Shown here one piece after another: positions 25,497 to 31,381 of a DNA stretch of 31,381 nucleotides. Under the pieces are notes generated by a model. That model was given only the letters and a program-made list of their open reading frames with translations, was not told where the DNA came from and did not search any database. The DNA is from an uncultured virus (IMG/VR IMGVR_UViG_2811995091_000194). Taxonomy: Duplodnaviria; Heunggongvirae; Uroviricota; Caudoviricetes. The DNA lies in IMG/VR virus record IMGVR_UViG_2811995091_000194, one strand, 5' to 3'. Made by a program: the position numbers and the translations under genes. Each line of letters starts with the position of its first letter. Within the stretch, counting starts at the first letter, position 1.

Positions 25497-25892
25497 ATGA
25501 TCTGTAATTATGAACAAATTAAGAGGCTAGTAAGAGAAGTTTTACAAATTGAGTGTAGCACACATCAAGAAAGCCCGCTAATGGATCCGATGTTTAATGT
25601 AAGAGAGATGTGTAAGGAATTCACGCTTATTGAAGATCATCTTAATCATGACAACAAAAGGTGCTTCGACTGTATCAATAAGCACTTTCTTAAGTGCGAG
25701 GCGCTCGCTGAAGAGGCCATATCGCTAGATGGTCCAGATGGACACGAGCATCCGTTTCTTTTTCACCTTCCAGGGGCTATACGAAGATGGCACAATCAAG
25801 TTCATAACTCTGAAGACATGAGAGCTATTGCAAGCGACATACGGTCTACAAGAAAAGATCTGACGCAGGTCCTTTTTCAACATCAACAGTAG
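25497..25892 (+). CDS. Conserved viral hypothetical protein with a RCxDCIxKH motif
   Basis: DP.FN.RE..K..LIEDHL..KRCFDCINKHFL..EALAEEA; leader-like N-terminus QIKRLVREVL. Confidence 0.7.
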   Translation: MICNYEQIKRLVREVLQIECSTHQESPLMDPMFNVREMCKEFTLIEDHLNHDNKRCFDCINKHFLKCEALAEEAISLDGPDGHEHPFLFHLPGAIRRWHNQVHNSEDMRAIASDIRSTRKDLTQVLFQHQQ

Positions 25893-25922
25893 TTGAACAA
25901 TAGATCACGCTGTAGGTAAGAT

Positions 25923-26153
25923 ATGGATATTGGTGATTTAGTTTACTATAAAGGCTTCGTATTTTGCGGAGATACAGATCCACCACTTTTTGAGAAAATA
26001 AATAATTTTAGGATAGGCCTTGTTATAGCAAGAGAGAAGTCGTCTTATCTTCTTTCAGTTGATGGCAGGGTTTTGTGGGCATGTACTGATGATGATTCAG
26101 TGATAAGAGACTGGGACATGATTCTTATTAGCAAGTCAGATAATAAAGAATGA
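25923..26153 (+). CDS. GDLV-family microprotein
   Basis: MDIGDLVYY, IGLVIA, YLLSVDG. Confidence 0.7.
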   Translation: MDIGDLVYYKGFVFCGDTDPPLFEKINNFRIGLVIAREKSSYLLSVDGRVLWACTDDDSVIRDWDMILISKSDNKE

Positions 26154-26446
26154 GCAAGAGATCTATTAAGCTCGGAACAGTGTATGAGGTTAAAACCTTT
26201 GCCGGACCCGTTGTTCATATTAAGATAACTGATAAGTCGCAGATTGAAGGTGTGTATATTGGTGTACATACAAGACAGTCAGATATTGTTGCTCTAAAAG
26301 ATGCCGGTGTGTGCTACACAGGCAGCGAGTGCCCAGCCGAGTGCCCAGGATATGTGTATGACTATCAGATCATAAAAAGGGTAAACAAAAAAAGAATTGA
26401 TCAAAAGAGGTCAGGAGGCGTTATAAGAAGAAAGAGAAAAAAGTAG
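26150..26446 (+). CDS. Hypothetical protein with a basic C-terminus
   Basis: ATGA-coupled ORF. Confidence 0.65.
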   Translation: MSKRSIKLGTVYEVKTFAGPVVHIKITDKSQIEGVYIGVHTRQSDIVALKDAGVCYTGSECPAECPGYVYDYQIIKRVNKKRIDQKRSGGVIRRKRKK

Positions 26447-26493
26447 AGTTTATATTGTACAATTTTTGTGTATGATATAAGCCAGGAGAGAAT

Positions 26494-27156
26494 ATGAGCT
26501 CTGTTTTGCTTTTTTTTGTTTTTCTTTTTTCTTGCTACAGCGAGCCCGCAGCTGATGATGACAATAGCACAGATGAATCACAGTCACCATCATTTGTCGA
26601 CAACGTACCCGGGACTGTCCCGGGTGCAGATACCGAGGAGAATAGCAGTGATTCTATTGACACAGGGCCGTCTCCAGTTACATGGACAGACTGTGATCAA
26701 TGGGTCGGAAGTCATCCGTGTGACTTTACACTAAAAGATCAAAATCAGAATGATTGGAACCTATATGATCATTATGGGACAGTCATTCTGATTGACTTCT
26801 CTACAATGTGGTGCTCTGTATGCAAGAGTGTCGCATCAGACATCGAGATGTTTCAAGAGCAGTACACGGCAGCTGGTCATAACTTTCTATGGGTTACAGT
26901 GCTTATAGAGGATGCACAGAGGGGTGAAGTTGATCCAGCTGACGTCACAGCGTGGGTTAATGAATATAGCGTTACATCATCAGTTGTACTTGCTAGCTCT
27001 CGTGACATGATAGATCTCTCTGGTAAAGACGGTTATCCAATAACATCATGGCCCACTTTTGTTCTAATAGATGATGAGATGGTTCTCACTCATGGTCTTA
27101 ACGGCTGGAATGAAAGTGTTGTTCTTGGCTGGATTGATGATGCATTTGGAATCTAG
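26494..27156 (+). CDS. Lipoprotein with a TlpA/AhpC-TSA-like thioredoxin domain
   Basis: Lipobox LFSC; DFTLKDQN, VILIDFSTMWCSVC, WPTFVLID. Confidence 0.85.
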   Translation: MSSVLLFFVFLFSCYSEPAADDDNSTDESQSPSFVDNVPGTVPGADTEENSSDSIDTGPSPVTWTDCDQWVGSHPCDFTLKDQNQNDWNLYDHYGTVILIDFSTMWCSVCKSVASDIEMFQEQYTAAGHNFLWVTVLIEDAQRGEVDPADVTAWVNEYSVTSSVVLASSRDMIDLSGKDGYPITSWPTFVLIDDEMVLTHGLNGWNESVVLGWIDDAFGI

Positions 27157-27163
27157 CCAATAC

Positions 27164-27192
27164 GTGTAAATTTGTGCAGCACCATGTAAGAT
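27164..27192 (+). promoter_or_regulatory. Promoter GTGTAA-N17-TAAGAT; probably leaderless
   Basis: Same -35 box and spacing; ATG 27199 is 6 nt after the -10 box. Confidence 0.65.
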
Positions 27193-27198
27193 AAATAC

Positions 27199-27456
27199 AT
27201 GGCCTGGACATCATGGGAAAAGCGATGTATGTGCGTTGCACTGTATAATCATGAGCTAAGTATGTCAGGATTGTGTCCTGCTGCAGCTAATGTAAGGTAT
27301 AACAACGGATGGTTTTCAGTGAGCAGGCGTAAGTCACATCGCAGAAAGGATCTTACAGAGAAGGCTGAAACACTCTTGTCATCTGGATATAGGGCTGTGT
27401 ATGACATGACGTACCGAAGCTACGCGCTTCATGTAAATGGCAAAAAGCTATTGTAA
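27199..27456 (+). CDS. Hypothetical protein
   Basis: 85-aa ORF directly behind a promoter. Confidence 0.6.
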   Translation: MAWTSWEKRCMCVALYNHELSMSGLCPAAANVRYNNGWFSVSRRKSHRRKDLTEKAETLLSSGYRAVYDMTYRSYALHVNGKKLL

Positions 27457-27505
27457 AATGTGCATGCGGTTGGCAATAAAGCTTACAGCAAAATGAGGAC
27501 AATAA

Positions 27506-28255
27506 ATGAGACTCAATACTAACGTCGGTGCTATTCCGGTTGGAACAAACATTCTTGATATCGAGGTGCCTGAGCAGCTGCGAAAGAGAATCCCGTCAGG
27601 AGTAGCATATTTTGATGACGCTCTCGGCGGCAAAGGATTCACACCCTCTGCAGTAACTCTCTTTACTGGCACCCCTGGCGCTGGAAAGACTACAATGATG
27701 CTTGAGCTGGCAAACTCACTGTCGAGAAACGGATCAACAGTTCTGTTTAACACAGCAGAGGAATCCCTGTTTCAGCTCAAGATGACAGTGGAGAGGTTGA
27801 AGCTTCGCACAGGGTTTAACGCAGGGCAGGAGGCAATGGTTCCAAAGCTCCTGGAGAACTGTGATAGGCTCAGGGCGAGGAATCCAGGCAAGCCATTCTT
27901 TCTTATTGTGGACTCTTTGCAGACGTTGAATGACGGAAAGTACGGTGATCATCAGACAAACTCAAAGACAGCGCAGAGATCTCTTGCACTGATTACTGAT
28001 TACTGCAAGGAAAACTTCTGTAATGCCATCATCATTGGACAGGTGACCAAGGATGGTAAGATGGCAGGAGCAAACATCCTCAAGCACATGGTAGATGCCC
28101 TAGTCACTCTCGACGTCGAGAGGCGAGATGAGGATCTCATGGGCTGCCGGGTTCTCCAGGTTGAGAAAAATAGATTCGGTGGAGCGGGACATATATTTTT
28201 CCTCTCTCTCCAGCAGCGCGGGTTTACTGAGGTTAGCCGAGTTAGCTTGGTGTAG
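27506..28255 (+). CDS. RadA/Sms-like RecA-family ATPase, ATPase domain only
   Basis: GTPGAGKTT, AEES, IVDSLQ, IGQVTKDG..AG...LKHMVD, KNRFG. Confidence 0.88.
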   Translation: MRLNTNVGAIPVGTNILDIEVPEQLRKRIPSGVAYFDDALGGKGFTPSAVTLFTGTPGAGKTTMMLELANSLSRNGSTVLFNTAEESLFQLKMTVERLKLRTGFNAGQEAMVPKLLENCDRLRARNPGKPFFLIVDSLQTLNDGKYGDHQTNSKTAQRSLALITDYCKENFCNAIIIGQVTKDGKMAGANILKHMVDALVTLDVERRDEDLMGCRVLQVEKNRFGGAGHIFFLSLQQRGFTEVSRVSLV

Positions 28256-28263
28256 TCAAACCG

Positions 28264-28290
28264 GGGTGGCATGGGATTCCCATGCCACCC
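28264..28290. repeat. Perfect 12-bp inverted repeat GGGTGGCATGGG-ATT-CCCATGCCACCC
   Basis: Intergenic hairpin with no U-tract, just upstream of the ligase SD. Confidence 0.8.
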
Positions 28291-28302
28291 ATCGAGGTAT
28301 AA

Positions 28303-29523
28303 ATGGTTATTGATATTCTAAATGAGATTAAGCGGTCTCCTGGATCTAATGCCAAGAAGGAGATCCTTAGCGTTAATGCAGGCAATGTCCTTCTTCGAAA
28401 GATTCTTCTCTACGGGCTTGATCAGTTCACACCGTTCAATATTGTGAAGGTGCCCAAAGTTACTGAAAGGTCTATCCTGCCAGACGAGAATGATCGATGG
28501 TCTCGATTTTTTGACGTCGCAGATAGGTGCATCTCGAGAGAGATCAGTGGTAATGATGCCATTGGTGATATGCACGAAGCACTATCGTGCGCAGATGCAG
28601 ATGAAGAGATGTGGATGAGAAGGATATTGCGTAAGCATCTAGCGATTGGTGCATCGACAAAGACTGTGAACAAGGTATTCCCTGGGCTTATTCCTACGTT
28701 TGATGTGTCTCTTGCACAGAAGTTCGATCATGCTAGAGTTGCAGAAAAAAGCACTGTTTGTGTGGAGCCTAAGCTAGATGGAATCAGATGCTTCGCTATC
28801 GTGAGAGATGGTGAGGCTCAATTGTTTGCTCGATCTGGTAAGATGATCACTAACTTTGATAACACTATTGGACGAGATATTGCAGGGCTAGGAGACGGAT
28901 GCTATGACGGTGAGTTGATGGGTGAAGACTTTGTATCATTGATGCGCCAGGCCTACAGAAAAGAGGGTGTCGACACATCAGCGACGTATCTTTCACTGTT
29001 TGACTTCCTAAGTCTTGATGAGTGGAAGTCAGGTAATACGACCATGACATGTCGTGATCGTTATAAAGAGCTGTCTCAGAGAGTTGGTGCCAAGAAGTGT
29101 GAGAGCGTCAAGGTTATCACAAGATATGAGATCGTGCCTGATATTGAAAAGATTGAAACACTACACAGAATCTTTGTTGATGCAGGGTTTGAGGGAGCGA
29201 TGATCAAAGATCTTGACGCTCCGTATAAGTTCGGCCGCGGATATGAGGTGATGAAGCTCAAGTCATTTCATGATGTCGATCTCATTATCGATAGTCTTGA
29301 AGAGGGAACTGGAAAGCATGTAGGCAAGCTGGGATCTGTTACTGTTACATTTAACGGAGTTGAAGTTAGAGTAGGATCTGGGTTCTCTGATGCGCTGCGC
29401 GAGACAGTCTGGCAATCACCCAAAGACTTCATAGGGAGAATGATCGAGGTGAGATACCAGGAGGTGACACCTGACGGATCTCTCAGGTTTCCCACATTCG
29501 TCTGCTTTAGAAACGACAGGTGA
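28303..29523 (+). CDS. ATP-dependent DNA ligase (phage type)
   Basis: EPKLDGIRC, DGEL, LFD, FEGAMIK, MKLK, VGSGFSD, SLRFPTF. Confidence 0.96.
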   Translation: MVIDILNEIKRSPGSNAKKEILSVNAGNVLLRKILLYGLDQFTPFNIVKVPKVTERSILPDENDRWSRFFDVADRCISREISGNDAIGDMHEALSCADADEEMWMRRILRKHLAIGASTKTVNKVFPGLIPTFDVSLAQKFDHARVAEKSTVCVEPKLDGIRCFAIVRDGEAQLFARSGKMITNFDNTIGRDIAGLGDGCYDGELMGEDFVSLMRQAYRKEGVDTSATYLSLFDFLSLDEWKSGNTTMTCRDRYKELSQRVGAKKCESVKVITRYEIVPDIEKIETLHRIFVDAGFEGAMIKDLDAPYKFGRGYEVMKLKSFHDVDLIIDSLEEGTGKHVGKLGSVTVTFNGVEVRVGSGFSDALRETVWQSPKDFIGRMIEVRYQEVTPDGSLRFPTFVCFRNDR

Positions 29524-29569
29524 TTAACGATTTATTGCCGCGCTCATATAATTATCGAATGAGGTAATC

Positions 29570-29842
29570 ATGCAGCTCCCATCAAAGATCATTTCACTAT
29601 TTTTTGTTTCATCATTTACAACAGCTATATGCGATGATGAACTTGTGCTAGACCGTGATAGAAGTATTGTGTACAGGGATATAACAGAGATTGACTTCGA
29701 GGGTCTTGAGGTCGAAGGACAGCTTGTGAGACCGCAGGGTGCATTGATTCTTGATAGAAGAAAGGGAAGCTTCAATCCGCTAATAAGACTTAGAACAGAG
29801 TTTGATGAAGAGATCAATTCATCTGTGAATAATATCAAATAA
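29570..29842 (+). CDS. Adventurous gliding motility protein CglF/GltF-like
   Basis: Signal peptide, then IVYRDITEIDFEGLEVEGQLVRPQGALILDRRKGSFNPLIRLRTEFDEEINSSV, matching the recalled myxobacterial CglF pattern. Confidence 0.75.
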   Translation: MQLPSKIISLFFVSSFTTAICDDELVLDRDRSIVYRDITEIDFEGLEVEGQLVRPQGALILDRRKGSFNPLIRLRTEFDEEINSSVNNIK

Positions 29843-29894
29843 TTTTATAAGCCATGATACATTATGATCATGGCTAGTATATTTAGTTCAATCA

Positions 29895-29922
29895 TCCTGG
29901 GTCCATGACCTGGGGTTTTTTT
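29895..29922 (+). terminator. Rho-independent terminator
   Basis: CCTGGGTC-CAT-GACCTGGG stem (with G-U pairs) followed by 7 T; a second hairpin AGCCATGAT/ATCATGGCT lies at 29850-29875. Confidence 0.7.
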
Positions 29923-29944
29923 ATTGTCTAATTCGGAGAGAAAG

Positions 29945-30196
29945 ATGAGAGACAGACTTGGTGACGTAAAAAGTAAGAGAATAACTAGAATGAGGCACAG
30001 AATACAGATGGACCAAGAGATAGCAAAGGCTTATCATATTGATGCTGATCTGACTAAGGAGACAACAGATGAGATTGAAAAGTGTCTATACGGACTCAAA
30101 GATTCAATGGACCTAAAGACAGAAGAGATTGAAATGGCGCTGGAGTGCAGAAAGGATATAAATATCCCAAAGTTCTACAGGTCGAGAAAGATCTAG
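29945..30196 (+). CDS. Hypothetical protein
   Basis: SD GGAG before ATG 29945. Confidence 0.55.
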   Translation: MRDRLGDVKSKRITRMRHRIQMDQEIAKAYHIDADLTKETTDEIEKCLYGLKDSMDLKTEEIEMALECRKDINIPKFYRSRKI

Positions 30197-30253
30197 CGCG
30201 TATCAATACAACTTCTAGAATATATAGTTTAGCGCCACACCTAGAGGTTTACC

Positions 30254-30442
30254 ATGAAAAACGTAAGTAGAGTATCAGTAGTTCTTAGTTTTCTTGCTTT
30301 GTCACTTGCAGCATTTGCACACCATGATGCAAACATGAGAATTGATGATCTTGAGAAAAGAGTCCTATCTCTTAATAATGAGATTCAGGATATGAAGAAT
30401 GGCCCGATTCATCAGCCTGTCAGATTGCTCAATGATGATTAG
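30254..30442 (+). CDS. Small signal/TM + coiled-coil protein
   Basis: SD GAGGT; hydrophobic N-terminus. Confidence 0.6.
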   Translation: MKNVSRVSVVLSFLALSLAAFAHHDANMRIDDLEKRVLSLNNEIQDMKNGPIHQPVRLLNDD

Positions 30443-30447
30443 CAAAA

Positions 30448-30477
30448 TTGAACATTAGAATAGATTGATCGTATACT
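30448..30477 (+). promoter_or_regulatory. Possible promoter TTGAAC-N18-TATACT
   Basis: Intergenic, upstream of the 30504 gene. Confidence 0.4.
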
Positions 30478-30503
30478 TTATCTAATCAAAAAGAGGTCGG
30501 ACT

Positions 30504-30779
30504 TTGGATAGATTTAGCTGGGATCCCGGAACTGGTGTCAAATACGACATACTGTTTGGAAAAGATTCTGATAGTAGATTTGTGATATGCTGGTTGATGC
30601 TCGGAGGTTCTGGGGGAGTTGTACTTGCGTGGAGGGATAATCACATTGTCTCATCATATCTCATTGAAAAGATGAATACTAGTGATGCTGATGCAACAGC
30701 GCTTCTGTTGTTTCTAAGGACGAAAGGGTTTAGTGTTACGCTTCCCGATGGATTTGATGACAAAGGAAGAAAAATTTAG
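30504..30779 (+). CDS. Hypothetical protein
   Basis: SD GAGGT, TTG start. Confidence 0.6.
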   Translation: MDRFSWDPGTGVKYDILFGKDSDSRFVICWLMLGGSGGVVLAWRDNHIVSSYLIEKMNTSDADATALLLFLRTKGFSVTLPDGFDDKGRKI

Positions 30780-30834
30780 ACCCCTTTCCTTTGCTGTATT
30801 CGTGTCTAATATATTTAGATATAGGAGATATGTT

Positions 30835-31131
30835 ATGGATAGCGAGAGATCTTTTTGGTTAGATGAGTATTCTTATGATGACAATGACGATGGTGTGTAC
30901 TACATGTACGCTGAGTCTGACGATGTGTGTATGCCGTGTCATGTTTTGAGCGGATCAGGGTGGGGATGGTTTTTAGATGTTGATACAAATCAGATGGTTA
31001 AGATGATGAGAGGTTCTGAGATAACTCCTGTTATTTGCGAAATGGATGAGCACAATCGAGTTCTCGTTAGAGCGTTCTCTAGATATATTCTTGTTCCCGC
31101 TATTGAGGTAGAGGTTGTCGGCTGGAATTGA
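30835..31131 (+). CDS. Hypothetical protein
   Basis: SD AGGAG before ATG 30835. Confidence 0.6.
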   Translation: MDSERSFWLDEYSYDDNDDGVYYMYAESDDVCMPCHVLSGSGWGWFLDVDTNQMVKMMRGSEITPVICEMDEHNRVLVRAFSRYILVPAIEVEVVGWN

Positions 31132-31381
31132 TGTCAAGGAGCTGGATGGCTTCAAGGTAGACCAAGAGGTCTGGTGTGTCGGTCCTGGCGGAAATATCAT
31201 TTTTGGCACCATTATTGGATTCTATCCTAGTAATGAAGAGGGTCCGGCAGTCAGTGTGCTTGATGAGATATCTGGGTCATTTCGTGTTGCACTTGCTAGC
31301 ACGCTAAGCGTCGATCCGATAAAAGGGGGACCGGGCAAGCTGACACGGGCTAGATTGTCACGCGTGCAAAAGAAGCGCTAG
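31115..31381 (+). CDS. Hypothetical protein, possibly SH3-like
   Basis: FKVDQEVWC..FGTII; stop codon at the window end. Confidence 0.55.
   Translation: MSAGIDVKELDGFKVDQEVWCVGPGGNIIFGTIIGFYPSNEEGPAVSVLDEISGSFRVALASTLSVDPIKGGPGKLTRARLSRVQKKR

Noticed and set aside
14272..29523. Inteins or introns in RtcB, the RadA-like ATPase or the ligase
   Set aside because: The proteins are of normal or reduced length with contiguous motifs and no splice-junction signatures.
1462..31212. Numerous minus-strand and alternate-frame ORFs in the track (e.g. 3569-3931, 12789-13370, 13619-14173, 14950-15333, 29524-29838)
   Set aside because: They are shadows of well-supported, coupled + strand genes and have no recognisable motifs. 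Only 1-975 and 21999-22208 are accepted on the minus strand.

Overview
This window looks like part of a large (jumbo-type) dsDNA phage genome: dense, almost entirely + strand, overlapping genes, with no tRNA, rRNA or CRISPR visible. The host is probably Myxococcota or a related deltaproteobacterium, inferred from CglB-like and CglF-like gliding genes. The AT-rich flanks (about 1-5.3 kb and 21-31 kb) encode an Ig/vWA lipoprotein, DUF192, a TMEM65-like membrane protein, a deaminase, a YkuK-type RNase H-like protein, a PG-binding/M23 protein, a thermonuclease, a TlpA-like lipoprotein, a RadA-like ATPase, an ATP-dependent DNA ligase and a CglF-like protein. Between them is a higher-GC island (about 5.36-21.07 kb) driven by repeated GTGTAA-N17-TATAAT promoters. 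It holds about 28 translationally coupled microproteins that share an N-terminal (K/R)xGDLV motif (SH3/KOW/Tudor-like) and often a C-terminal (L/V)EVI, with hypervariable cores. Many junctions are conserved at DNA level (GAGGTGAT-N2-3-ATGAAAGTCGGTGA), and truncated and fused cassettes are present, which suggests a shuffled microprotein cassette array. RtcB, a metallophosphoesterase and a nucleotidyltransferase are interspersed. Family assignments come from motif recognition only; no database search was run.
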